The notes beneath the pieces are model-generated. The model saw only the letters and a list, made by a program, of their open reading frames with translations. It had not been told where the DNA came from and made no database searches. A stretch of 49,426 bases of DNA, counting the filler, from Bipalium vagum (lineage: Eukaryota), in assembly GCA_037834085.1 (NCBI GenBank). It is 3 parts of 3 records of this genome, joined end to end, with 100 filler letters (N's around TTAATTAATTAA, not from the genome) between each part and the next. Parts side by side here need not be neighbours in the genome. Positions count along the whole stretch, not along the records: positions 15,784 to 33,846 come from JBBMKC010042261.1; positions 33,947 to 49,426 come from JBBMKC010157352.1; 1 more part is not named here. One strand, given 5' to 3'. This document shows, one piece after another, positions 25,255 to 39,000 of this stretch. Position numbers and translations under genes: made by a program. Within the stretch, counting starts at the first letter, position 1. Each line of letters begins with the position of its first letter.

Positions 25255-26072
25255 TGTTGGGTTTACCCAAGACACCCCCCGGGGAAAAACTACTAAAACC
25301 ATAAATAAGGTATGAATACTAATAATATTATTAATAATTAAAATTAATTAACACTTGAAAAGTGATTTAAAAATTCCCAGGAATTTTATTTTGAAAATAC
25401 TTAAAAAAATAAAATAACCCTCCAGAAATAATTTATATTTTAAAGAAGCCTGAAAGAGGTATTTTAATAAATATTAAGGATCATAATAAAATAATTTTTA
25501 GGGAATTCTTAGGAAGTTTTAGAATTTTAAGTACAATTCCGAGAATATCTCGAGAATATTTCCCAGATGAAGATCAGTCCCAAATAGTATATAAGCAAAG
25601 GGATTTCAGTATATTTTCACCCATTAGGAAACATTGTGAAAGCAGATTTAAAAGACGAATACGGACGCAGACGATTACGAAAGCAGATTTTAAAGACCAA
25701 TACGGAGGCAGATATCTATAGAAGCACGGAGAAGAAGCAGTACAAGTATTCTCAAGTATTCTAACCTTTATTTTAAATTCTGGATCTATGCTTAAAATTC
25801 CCCATCAGAGGGTTATCGGCGAGCTCGGGAGTTTTCACGACAACTAAAGCGTAAGACTTTTCCTTTTTGTTTTTTATCTTAAGTAAATAGTAATTTTTAT
25901 AAGTAATATTTTATTGTAATTTTGTAATCAATGATTATTAATATTGATTAAATATTATTTGATTAAATGTTCATTTTGACTATATTTGATCATTATTATA
26001 TTTTGATTGAACATTACCTTTAATTATTTTTGTGTGTTGTGTCTTGATCAGATAGTGTAAGAGTTGTGTAAC
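25255..26072 (+). mobile_element. LTR-like sequence truncating the polymerase gene (3' boundary uncertain)
   Basis: Begins TGTTG exactly where polB similarity ends; TATATAA at 25588; two 41-bp direct repeats (25638-25719); GC-rich core, T-rich tail; candidate end TAACA at 26072. No TSD confirmed. Confidence 0.5.
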
Positions 26073-27059
26073 ATTTCAGACATTTATTGTGATCCCAGAC
26101 TTTTGCATTATCTTTTTGAATTTCAGTGTTTTGTGTTTTGTGTTGGTGTGGTATAAATACAAATGTTGCTTTACTGATTGTTTTACCTAAGATTTTTGGA
26201 GTCGGGTTTAGATTTGATACACTAAATATTGAACAATAGTAATACATTTCATCTCAGATTTGTTTTTTGATTCCAAAAGCGTGAATTCACTCAATTAACC
26301 GAAAGTTAGCAAGAATGTATCGAACAAAATGGAGAATATATTGACTTAGAAAATTGTGTGTTTTAATAAATTTTGTAAATAAAATTTTATTTTAAAAGTG
26401 TAATGATTCATGGGACATCCGAATAGAATATCGGAAGGGTAAAATTAAATTGAAAATTTGATAGTTATAAACAAATAATTTTAAATGGTTAAAGTTATAA
26501 TGTGAAAATTGGATTTTAGTATTACCTTATTTCCAAAATTACGGTTTAAAAATAAATGATTTTAACAGATTTGGTTGTAAATCACACATCAAAAACTACT
26601 CAAAAATATTGAAAATTTTATTTTTTAAGTCAATATTGATATTAAATTTTCCATTTGATAAATGATAACAAAAATTAACAAGATTCTGATTTGAAGGAAG
26701 AGTACGTCACAACCAATAAAGTTAGGTGTTGTTCTAAAAGTATTTCTCATTTTAAATTAACAATTTTTAAAATAACATTAAAAATATTTTTAAATAATTG
26801 AATATATTTATAAAATATATAAATTTAAAATAAAACATTTAAAATATGAGTATATCATAATTAGATACATCACATTTAAATGTGCTATTTGGGGTCTTTA
26901 GATTAATAAATTAGATTTTGTCGAGTCATGATAAACTTTGGAATATATTTTACAAAAATAAACTGACTCTATGCCATAAAAACGTAGATTTAATAAATTA
27001 CTATTTTTTACGCTAATAGATTGTTTTAAATTATTAATTTTGTTTATTTCATTGCTAAT

Positions 27060-27830
27060 CTTTTAAATTTGTAAATGTCAAAACTTATAAAAAAATTATA
27101 AAAGGCTATTGGTCAAAATGGGTAAGGTGGAATCCGAACATGCTACGGTCGGAGATTTATGCTAATCTTTAAATGTAAACAAAACTATGCCAAAAAAATG
27201 CGGGATCAGTTTTTTGAAAGTGGAAGACATTGTATTGAAAATTATGAAGAGTGACGTGAAGCAGTTTAAGCAAAAAATTTTGAACGCAAGTCTATTAACT
27301 CTTCGATATTCCAAATGCAACCCAAATCCTCAGTAGTAGCGTGAAAAGAATTGTCGTAACTGAAAAATTTAGACTGGTCCATAAGAAAATATGCATCTAT
27401 CCAACAACTTTAATTCAACAATCACTGTCATGAAACAACTAGTAAAATAATAAAAATTATTAAATTTCTGTATTCATGATACCATATTTTTGAAGCAATC
27501 CAGGCTTAATTAAGTCCTCAAAATCTATAAGATTTATTAAAAAAAAGAGTTCCAAAGTATGTGATCAAAGATTTCAGGAACTGAATAAATCTGTTGCATT
27601 AACAGTTTCTCCGTCATTCAGAAAAAAATTTATTATGACAATCTTTCATAGGTTGTTGACATGATCGACAAAATTTTCCTGTTTGTTAAAGTATTCATGG
27701 AAACTTAAACTCTGTCATGAATATCATCTACCCAAAATCGTTGCTCAGTTATGGCTGGCACAGTCATGATATATCCACTTTTCATCGACTACTATGATTT
27801 TTTAACGAACCCTACGTCATCTTTTAAATG
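27060..27830. mobile_element. Mariner debris on both strands
   Basis: Minus: VVDEKWIYH and LNDGETVNA. Plus: FESGRHCIEN-like HTH fragment. Confidence 0.5.
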
Positions 27831-28289
27831 TCATAAATTTAATCATTAAAATTGAGAAGTTGCGCTATTATTGATTTTTTGTAAATCCTTTAAATGAAAT
27901 ATCATTTTATGAAAAGAATACCAAAACTAATATTTTATATATTTCTATAAATAATTTTTAAATAAATCGAGAAAATACTTTTTAATACAAGAAATGAATA
28001 AGAAAATAAAATCAAGTTTGAAGGAAAAAACAAAAAATTGAATGTACAAAAAATAATATAAAATATTTCTATTATTTTTGTTAATTTTTAAATAAGCATT
28101 TCATTGTCCAAAATAGAAATACTTTCTCTCAGGGTAACTATTTTTGAAAGGTATTTTGTAAAATAATTATTGTGAAAAAATAAAATCGAATAAACAAGAA
28201 ATCTAAATAAAAAAATACAAGAAATCCGATGGAGTGGAATAACATAAAATTAAATTTTCTTAAAGATAAATTAAATAATACAACTTTAT

Positions 28290-28410
28290 TAATTAATTAC
28301 ACAATCATTATTCTTCTAAAGAAGTCTTCTCCCATGTTCTGCAAGCTGTTCTAATCCATATTGATAGAAATATCAAATATTTACAACAAATTTTTTTACA
28401 TATTTCATTG
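28290..28410 (-). mobile_element. Mariner C-terminal fragment
   Basis: FYQYGLEQLAE..WEK resembles FY..GI..L..RW.K. Confidence 0.5.
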
Positions 28411-28699
28411 AAAAATGCAATATTAAAATATTATATTATTTATTCAAAATTTTAATAAGAAAGTTTAGAAGCTTCAAAAGCTATATAATTATAGGTCAAA
28501 ATAAGGCCATTACTAAAATATAAAATATACTAGCAAGCTTGCCTTTATTCTTTCACTTGAAAGTAGTACACTTTGAAAATAAAAGCATTTAAGGGAAGAT
28601 GAAGAGAAGAGCTGCAACGATTTCCTTTCAGAAAAATGCATCTTTAGACAAATACTTTAAACCATTACCTTTTATTTTGTAGTTAATATGTTAATAGCC

Positions 28700-29741
28700 A
28701 GTCTTCAAAATTATCTTCATTATCCATAATTACCTTCAATGAATCAATTCCATTTGCAAATGAGCTATATTGTTTTAATAAAACTTTGCGTATTCCCATT
28801 GCCTTCGACTTCATCATTAAGTGGATTTTAAGAAATTGAAGAAGTGTTTGAAAATGAATATCAGAAATAAAAATATAATAATGTCTTTAAAGATTTTACT
28901 TAAATTCATTTGTGATATAACGTATACAGAAATAAACATTTTTAATTTATATTTAACTTTTTTTTATGATCTATTGTATTTTTTGATTTCATGAACGGCA
29001 GAATGTTTTTCTTACCAAAGGGGTTTGGTATTGGTGTCTGTTTTGATATTTTACCTGGGTAACCAATGATTTCTTGCCTTTAGAAATTTAAAAAAAATCC
29101 AATTTTCATATCCTGTCAAAAATTGATGCAAGAAAGTCTTTATTTCGTGTTTTTTGAGAAAATCACATTTATTACTTTTCAGTCTTCCAATTGACTTTGT
29201 CCAATTGATAAGGCACCAATTTTCTTCCTTCAAGATCTTACTCATATCATGGATCATGTACATATTGTCTGCTGAGTAACACCTAATCTTATGGCAAGTT
29301 ATTTTGTAGACTATCATGCATCTTCATCCATTAAATTTTCTAAATCTTGGTCTTCAAATTTGGAAGGACTACGTGAACGTTCTTTGTCTTTCACACTAAA
29401 ATGGTTTTATCTGAAGTAATGAAACCAACGCGTTCATGAATCCTGAGATATTATATGTTTACCATAAACATCAAAAAGTATCCGTTAGTTTTCTGCAGCA
29501 CTTTTGTTCATCATGAAATAATGAATAAAAATATCTTGCAAATGTCTATTTGTCTGAAATAAATGTTGATTTGTTTAGATGTTAAAATTCTTTAACTATT
29601 AACATCTAAAAAATTAGAATATTTTCTATAATTAATTGCAATTATTAAAACAAAATAGATTAAATCTGAATTCAAAATTATGTTAAAATATGTCGGTGAA
29701 TAAATTTAATTAAATCCACATTATTTTTTTCAAACCTCGTA
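28700..29741 (-). mobile_element. Degenerate Mos1-like mariner
   Basis: KSAAE..RILFDVYG..RWFHYFR..FSVKDKERSRSPSKFEDQDLENLMDED; FLHQFLTGYENWIFF; C-terminal FANGIDSL..DNEDNFED; TIR-like tacgaggt at about 29741. Confidence 0.8.
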
Positions 29742-30459
29742 TTAGCGAATACACATAAAAAGAATAATTATATATATATGTATAATCAATTTATATTTTT
29801 CTAAGAAATAGATTTGCGAAATTAAATGTAAGCGTTTAATTGTTTAAAAAAAATAATAAGTAATAATAAAAATAAAAGATTATTATTTAATTTAAATAAA
29901 TATTTTTAATAATTTCATTAATTTAAATAACTGTAAATAGTAATTTTTGAAATGGGACAAGAAAAATGTAAAAATAAATAAGATAATTATAAAAAAATAA
30001 TATATTTTAAAAGAATTTCTTAAAATCAAATTTGAGAAAACGTGTCCAGAAAGAAGAATTTTATATTTTAATTTTTTTATAGATTTCAAAAAAATGAAAT
30101 TTTTTGTGGAATGTTGTCAAAGTCTATTGACTTTCTCCATAAACGTTGTACTTCCCTTTTTCGCCAAAAGTATTTTCTGATAAATGACAAGTTTCCCGTT
30201 ATAAGCGGTTGTTACATATCAAATTTTTGATTTTTTAAAAGTAATTTTAGATATGGCATTTTTCAAGTCAGTAGATGAAACGATAAATGCGAAGAGAAAA
30301 CACTTTTAACATTTACAGTCTTTTATTAATAAATAATTAAAATGTGAAAAAAGGAAAAGATTTAATATATTAAAAAAATTATACCAGAAATTTTTATACA
30401 ATTTAAAATTAAAATAAATGTCTATTTTTCCCTTTATACTTATATAATACTTATAGGTG

Positions 30460-30950
30460 ATTGTTAAGTGGAAATGGGTCTTTTCAGGACTAAGTTAATG
30501 AGAAATCCATTTGGCACGTATATTTATTTTGCAAATTAAATGTAAATAAATTTCTATGGCCTTGTTGATGCCTTTGAACTTCTCAGCAAACTCTCGAGTA
30601 GTTTGTCGAGAATCTGTTTCAATGATTTCTTTTAAGTCATCATCAACATACCATTTGACTACGTCTTCATGATAATCATCATTTAGATCTACATTTCCAT
30701 GCTTAATTCATTGAAATCAGCTCCTGCGATGACTAAAACTAATCACAATATAACCAAAAACACCATACATTGCTTGGTATAATTCTGAGACAGTATTTCC
30801 TTGTTTAAACTCTTACCACATGCAAATTCGAATTTTTGGCCATCAATATTTCTAAGCTTATTTTCAAACGATCCATGAATGAAATGTAAGATAATATTAA
30901 TGAATATTATAAATGAAACAAATATACACAATAAAACTTAAAATGATTGA
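30460..30950 (-). mobile_element. Mariner N-terminal fragment
   Basis: VDDDLKEIIETDSRQTTREFAEKF and AKWISH*L (WVPHEL). Confidence 0.7.
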
Positions 30951-32699
30951 TTTTTTTGGTAATGTAATAATAAATGGAAACGCGAATTTGTAGCATAATC
31001 AAAAACATTTGTATTTTTATAAAAATAACGAAAAAAGCAACTGTCACATTGTTGGACATAAATGGAATAATTTAACCATGATTAAAATTTACTCTTCTGA
31101 CGTCTGATATTCTTAATCAAATTCAGTTTAAGCTCCGACCAGTTGACAAATTATTAAACAATATAATATAATATTGACAAAAACCTAAATATAAAAGTTT
31201 AATATTGGCAGACAGCTCTGCCCAATTATCAGATATATATCCAGGCAGTTAGTTTCACAGAAGTTCGAAAAAATAGAGGAAAAGAGAAAGGAATTCTTTT
31301 GTATAATCTGACGAAAATTGTCTGCAAAAAATCTTATTGTCTTCACTCATTTTCAAATAAAAAATATTTTCCATTAATCACAGAGTCCCAATAAGCTAGA
31401 GTTAAGGTTGGTCGATTGTGCTTTTTAACGAGGAATGTAGTCTCATTTCAGATTAGTTAAAACAATTTTTAATCTAATTGGAATAAATAGATAACTTTAA
31501 AAGATAAGAAAAAAATGAAAAATAAAGCTGTACAAATTGGAATATCCTCTAGGGGTCGTTTATTTAAACAAAAACTGGAATTTCACTAAACGTGATGACG
31601 TTTTCGGAAAAAGGATGAATTTACTTAATGAAATTTGCTAAGAAAAAGTTTGTTTACTTCAACTCTGAAAGAGGTCGATATTGCAAAAAATAAATTGTAT
31701 ATAAAATATAAATGTACATAGGTTTGTACACAATAATCTATAGCTTAGTATCAATTGAGAGACACTCCTCAGTTAATAAAGTTCTCTACACTTGGTTCAA
31801 TAATATTATTTGAACTACGTATTTTATATATTTGATTGACTTTTTAAAAGTTTTCTGAGCCTACCACTTTCAGAAGCTCTTTATATACTACTTTAACCTT
31901 GATGCATCTAATCTGTCAAAAAGTATCAATGTACAATGATTATTATTATCTTAAAGATTGTTTATATAAATAAATTGATATATTTTATAGTTATTGGTTC
32001 GTAATTATGCCAAAGACTCACAAATGAGGCCCTTGTGGTCATTTACCCTATTCAGACTTATCTTGAAATCAACAGAACATGAAAGAAATAAAAAGTGATT
32101 TATTAATTTTTATTAAAATATATTATTAATTATTAAAAAATATATATTATATTAAATATAAAAATTAAGATAAACATTTATGTTTATTTTTTTTTAAATG
32201 TTTTTTATTTAATGTTTTATGTTTTTTTTCGGAAAAAGACTAACACTTATAAGAGTAATACCCTTGCTTCTAAACTATTGGTTACTGATATCATTATAAA
32301 AGGAAATACGCTTCTTCAAAATCAGAATTCACAAAAAAGAACAGACAAAATATTTGATTAAACGGTCAGTTAGAAAAGAAGAGAAAAACTAAAATTAAAT
32401 AAAAATTATATTGCAAATGGAAAGGGATTTTTTCTAGTAATGATTGATTTGTTCTTTGGCCAGTGAATGCAAGATCACCATTAAATGTTCAATTGGAGAT
32501 ATGGGTGGTAGGACTACCATTTGAAGAATATTGAAGAACATCGGATTAACTTCATTAGTTAAACAAGTTATAAAAGAATAGAAGAAAACCTTTTAAAATT
32601 TAGCTTCTTCATGTCCTGAAACTATAGGAATATGATCAGCGAGTTAAATTTTGTCTGTGATTCTTGTGATATCATGATATTATGCCTAACATTTTTAGC

Positions 32700-33265
32700 G
32701 TATCTAAGATTTTAGTGTATCAGAATTAACCGATACCTTTGTCAAATATAGGTTGATAGCAAACTCGATTATTTCATTACAAAAGTACTTCAACCAGAAA
32801 TCTGTCTGGACAGGCTTCAACTCTATGAAACAGTTTGTGTTCTACGAAACTGTAAATAAAATTAATTACATTGCCATGTTACAAAATGTAGTTCAACCTG
32901 AAATTGCGAAAAGGAAATTAATAAAGAAGGCTTACAAACAGGATGAAGCACCTTTTCATTATGTCGTTAATGTCCAAAAATATTTGAAGGAAAATTTGGT
33001 CTTCACAAAGTCCTCTTATCCAAGAGATGAACACAAAATTGGCCATCTCGTTCAACGGACCTCGCTTCACTTGATTGTTTTTGGGATACTATTAAAGCAA
33101 AGGGGTTTTTCGTTAACTGAAACTGAAAAATCTTCTATAAATGAAAAAAATCTAAGAATGTTCTTGTTTTACTATCAAAGAGCTGCAAACTGTAATGTTG
33201 TCCGTCCGACGAATAATTGAGCTAATGTTTTCTGTTAAAGGAAGACATTTCGAGAACATAATATA
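32700..33265 (+). mobile_element. DD41D-like (rosa/Visitor-type) transposase remnant
   Basis: VWTG..ETVNKINYIAMLQN..KQDEAPFHY, then frameshifted WPSRSTDLASLD (about 41-43 residues between Asps), and terminal GRHFEN. Confidence 0.75.
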
Positions 33266-33846
33266 GGAAAAACTACTGTTTGTTGTCGTTAATATTATAA
33301 AAAGTTGTTTATTTTATTCTTCATTTATCTTTTTCCTTGGTTTTGGTAGAACTGGTATATGAATATAATACTGAAGGTATAATGTCCAGTAGTCTATAAA
33401 GAAAGATTAATTATACAACATAAAATATATGAGATGAATTAATTTGACTTTTATAGGACAAAAAATGTTCATGTACTTATTTAAATAACAAAAAAAGATA
33501 AAAATAAAGATGAGAAAAGTTTACATTAAAATATTCAGAGAAAGAAAAAATAAAAAACTTTAATTAAAATGGAAACATTTTTCTTAAAAATTATTCTATG
33601 AAAACCAATTTTTGGACAGTTGTTGTTTTAACACACTTTTCGTAAAAGATTTTTGCTTTCAATTGTTGAAACTTTATTTTTTCATTAAACATTAACTAAT
33701 TAGTTTAATTATAACAAATTTAAAGGGGTCACAAAGGCGATAATCTATACTCGTGCTCAAAAGTGTTATCCATGTAGAATTTATTATGAAAAACGAAGAA
33801 ATATTTACATATATTTTTACAATTTACTCCTATTAATAATGTGTAT

Positions 33847-33946
33847 NNNNNNNNNNNNNNNNNNNNNNNNNNNNNNNNNNNNNNNNNNNNTTAATTAATT
33901 AANNNNNNNNNNNNNNNNNNNNNNNNNNNNNNNNNNNNNNNNNNNN
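33847..33946. other. Artificial 100-bp assembly spacer
   Basis: 44 N + TTAATTAATTAA + 44 N. Confidence 0.95.

Positions 33947-34012
<66 letters not shown>
33947..34012. repeat. (TAA)n microsatellite
   Basis: Seen directly, adjacent to the gap. Confidence 0.95.
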
Positions 34013-34015
<3 letters not shown>

Positions 34016-34106
34016 TTTAAAATATACGGCTTTTGAAATTTTTAATACTAATAAAATAATTATAATTGGTTAGTTAAATTTTACAAATGTTTATTAACAA
34101 ATAAAC

Positions 34107-34229
34107 CTGAGCTTCTATAATAGCAAAACCTAAGCAAGACAACCATAATGGAATGATTTCCTCCTGAATTTCTTTTCCTGTTGATTTACTGATAACAATG
34201 TTTCCATGATTTATCCACGGGATATATTG
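34107..34229 (-). CDS. SCYL2: SCYL2 HEAT-repeat exon (QYIPWINH...IIEAQ)
   Basis: tttag| and |gtttat; 41 codons; EIQEEIIPL HEAT pattern. Confidence 0.8.
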
Positions 34230-36038
34230 CTAAATAAAGGTGAAAGTTGACACAAAAAATAAAAATGACAGGACCAAATTAATAATGAGTTATACACACA
34301 CAAACACACATACACATAACACCTCTTCTTGAATTAACTGGCACAAATGTTGAACATAATTAAGCATCTGTGATATTTTTTATAGTAGACTGCCATTCTA
34401 ACAACAAGTGTCGGAAGTATAATTAAAGATGAAAAAACCATAGTTCGAAGAACATATCCACTTCTATCCGTTGATTAGGAGGTTAAAAGATCACATACTA
34501 GGAGAATTATGTGGATATTATCGAAAAATGGTTCGAGTTGTATTCCTTATATCATGAAAGATATCATGGTAATAGTCAAAGGAATTTATATTTTTCGAAA
34601 TTTATTTTTGTACTCTTTCTATTCAAAATTAGAGATAGACGATATATGCGGCAGTGGAAAGATATGCTGAACCACTTACATAAAATTACATTTCAACCGT
34701 TTTCTCCTACAAAATACTCTTCTGAAGAAGACAAAATAAAAATGATGAACTGCCTCCACCACCACCATTGGTATCAACGACTTGTGCTTTGAATATTGTT
34801 CGCCAAAACCTGCTGATTTAACAAGATGAAAACGAAAAGGAACATGATCAGCTTCAAATTATTGAGGACTAAATCCAGTCTGATAGATAGACTAATGTCC
34901 ATCAAACCCAAATAACACAATTCTGTCAACCTCTTAGATTTGAATAATCTCTATTATGAATACAATTCCGTACCTTTTATGTTACTTCTCTTTATGGATT
35001 AGTTATCGTAAACCTTGTACTATAATTATTTCCTGTGTGTTTGTAAGTGGCAAGAAATGCTTATCCTTCAATGTTCGGTTATAAACCAACTATGCTAAAA
35101 GTGTCAAAATTCGATTAGAGAAAATATTTGCTTACAACGGACAAAACGCCCGTCCCCAAACAATCCGTTATAACCGAAGTCACCTGCATTATTTAAAACC
35201 GTTTGGAAAAGTATGGGAATTATTGGTGCCAGTAATTACAATAATAAACAATGGACTGCTGATTAATCTGCCAAGTTCTGAGCAAAGTCAGAGAACGATT
35301 AAACAAAACCAAAAATGAATTATTAACAGAAATGTTTGCAATTAATAATCTTTTTTCGTAAAACAATCATTGAGAACCTGTGCCAAATTGATCGTTCTCA
35401 AATGATTTAGTAGACTTGGTCGAATTTTCTCCTCATAGGACGCTTGATCTACATATTTAATGATGGCCGATATTGACTCTACTATTTCTGCATAGACCAC
35501 ATTGCATGTCAATAGTTTTTCATACAGAACGGGATACAAATGATTGACCAGAAATCTCTGCAAAACAATATCATTAGCCATGTCTTATTAATAATTGATC
35601 TGATTACCGTTTCACGGAAATTAAAACAAAAAATTTATGATAATAATAATAATAATAATAATGATAATAATGTTAGTCTCACCTTTTCGAACTGATCAAT
35701 TATACCTGATAATGAAAGAAATAAATCTCGTTTTTCTTCAAACGATTTATTTTGCATAGTAGACAGGTTTTCTAATATTAAAATTCGTTTGTCATTGAAA
35801 TATTTAAGCTTGAATTAATTATCATTATATATCAATTAATAATTAAATTACTAATGAGAATAATTGGGAGCTCGGTCGATATCGTATATCTTTATTGATC
35901 ATTTTCTCCACCGGTTCAATCAATTCTTTCGGGATTTTATCTATAACCTTGTTAAAGAATTCGTGCAACTGAATAGGAAAATATTCATAATTAACATTAA
36001 ACATTGTTCTGAAATAAAGACGGATCATTAGTATAATA

Positions 36039-36074
<36 letters not shown>

Positions 36075-39000
36075 CAATTTATATCGATTATTACAAGTCT
36101 TTGGTTTCTGAGCAAACTGTCAAATGTAATTACGGATGAGGACTGCCTGTGAAAACGATGAATGTTTTTCTTTTTCTTTTCTTCATAACCTGTTTTATAT
36201 TTCATTGTAAAAACGATAATAAAAGATGTAATTATTGTGAAGTCCTTCAATTCACCATGATATCGATAAGGAAGAAATAAGAAATTCGTTTTAAACAAGA
36301 ATTTAATGTTTAATGGACCAATATATGAGATCAGATCCGTCATAAGAACGCAAGAGGGAAACAGATGGAGAGGAAGAAAAACTTTAATAAATCTGGGTAT
36401 GAGGGAGAATGGTACTAAAATTAAAATTTTGAATCAAGTTTTAAGGAAAAGGGTTTTTTTAAAATTAATAGAGCAGGGTTAAAAAAATTGAGAGAAAATT
36501 ATTAAAGGTAAATTTTATAATTTTAAAAAATTTTTACGTTTATCTGATTGGCTGATGGATATGTTATTGATCAATGAGTATTTTAGTTTACAATATCTCA
36601 CTCATGAATAGGTGGTGTACTAATCACTGTAATAAATGAAGACGTTTATAATGTATATTTATGATACAAAGATTTTACAAAGTAACGAGATCAGAAAATG
36701 ATTAAAGGGATCAAGTGAGCATTATGACAATGATTAATTGAAGATAAACTCAATCTACACTATAATGTCATCTATACAGTAGGTGTTTCAAAGCCATTGT
36801 TTAAGAATGGAGTTTTGACAATCAATCAGAAAATATATCACGTGAAATGTTTGTCCACAATTTTAATCCTCGTTTTAAAAGAACATTATTTTAAAGTAGC
36901 TTCGTCTTCTGGCCGTACAAAGCCTCTGAACACTATTCCAAAAAGACAAATTTATAAAAGGAAAAAAGATATCTTTTGTGATTAAGGATCGGAATTCTAA
37001 AATTAGTCTTCAATGTCGTCCAATCGAAGAATTTTTGAATTTTGAAATGTGTTGTTTATAAAAATAATTGGACAGCTAATTAACTTTCAACAATTAACAA
37101 GAAATATTCGATTGTGCTTGAAAAAATTAAATACAAAGCCCGTAAAAGAAGATGGTAGAGATATCCAAACATATTTAAGACAGGCAGCCGACCATGATGC
37201 GTATTGTACATTTTTGTCTTTATTTTTTCCATAAAGTTGAAATAAGTCCAGATTGTTTGTGATCACCTGTTATTTAACGAATAATTAAGCACCTTGGAGT
37301 TTTTCTTTTGATAGAGTTTCTCCAAAGAAATTCGTACAAACAAGAAGAAAAAAGATTATTAATGGTTCCAAATTTGTGGTTAATTTAGCGCTTATATCCA
37401 CATATTTATTACACCGACTGAGTATACCAGTTCTCTCATCAATTAATGGGAATTCATCGTATGCAGTCCATCAGTTAAATATTAAGTGAGTTCCTACCAA
37501 TATCCATCGGTGTATATGGTGTTCAAGGGTGTCCCTTCGTGGTCATCAATTTCTATGAAAAATAAACGAGCTCTATATCACCAAATGCCCAATGGCCTTC
37601 TCTCCATTGATTTCGATTGAATTTAGTTCGAGAAAAACAAATGAATGATAAATAATAAAAATTGAATTTCCATTTAAAATTGTCGAATAGCGAACGTAAG
37701 CTGCACCAAGACCATCGATTATTTTTCATTTTAATAAATCTTGTTTTAACTGGGAAATTTAAACATTAAATTCCGTTAATATTAATTTTCCCTAAAAATT
37801 AAAAAGGTACAAAAAATTAATTAAAAAGCTGTTGAGATTAAATTGTTAAAAATTTTAAACCCAGAACTGTAAATTGCAACGAAGGATTAAATTTCACTGA
37901 ATTTTTATTTTTTCTTTAAGCCCTGATATTTTATATTATAAATAACACAATTTATTATTTAATATTATTTTGTTTAAATAAAACTGTTGTGCTTCGGTCG
38001 TAATACATTGTACATCATAACATTAGAGAACGTTAGTTACATTTTTAGATTACCGTTAATTTAATTATAACCAGTCTTATAACATAAGGGAGTCTTGTAG
38101 ACGTTTTATTGTTTTTAATATCATAATTCACGAAAAATGAATTTAAAATATTCAATGCAGGCTTAACCCACGAGATAAGACCAGGCAGACTATTACAGGC
38201 GTCAACGAATAAGCAGTGGTAGGACCTGTGATGGTAATTGTCTAAAAGTGTAGACCTGTTACTACTTAAAATTGATTAGGCAACATGTTCACCGCCTTTT
38301 CTTTTTTTTAATATCTTTAAATTATTGTTCAAGTATATTGCTGAGGGCCTTCAAACAGTAACAAGATAATATTGGGTTTTGCAGTATGAAATTAAAGATT
38401 TTCAATGTGAAGTAAACTTCTTTTTTTTGTACCTTTCTAAACGCTTTGAGATTAGTGAAAATGGTTTATTTGAAAATCTTAATATCTTCACAAAGTTGTC
38501 TAACTGTTTTCTGTGTATTTTCTTCAACAGGTGACTTCAATTGGGCTTTATTTAGGACAGAAATCGTGGTCTTTGTTTTGGAAACTCAGGTCACCACTTC
38601 GATACCTTCCTAACCTTATCTGTGTTACTCATTCACTTACACAACTATCATCTCAAGCTTTATCAATCTTTAGACTTGCTTGAAGTGCTTTAGCTTAAAT
38701 ATGCACACCCTAATTTGTTCTGTAGGACAACGAAAATATGTTACATTAATATGTTTACTTTTAAATCGATAATGATTTCTTCTTTTATTGATATATAAAC
38801 AAAAATTTCAATGAAAACGTATTGGAAGACATTAATTTGAAATTTGATAAAACAAGTCCCCAATTTCACACCGGACAACACCCTGATACTTAATATTAAC
38901 TTAATTCAGATTGAATTGAAACATTTTTATAACATACTTTGTCAATTTGTAAATGGTATTCATTGAGGTTATTGTTTGCGTGAATCAATGACTGTCCATC

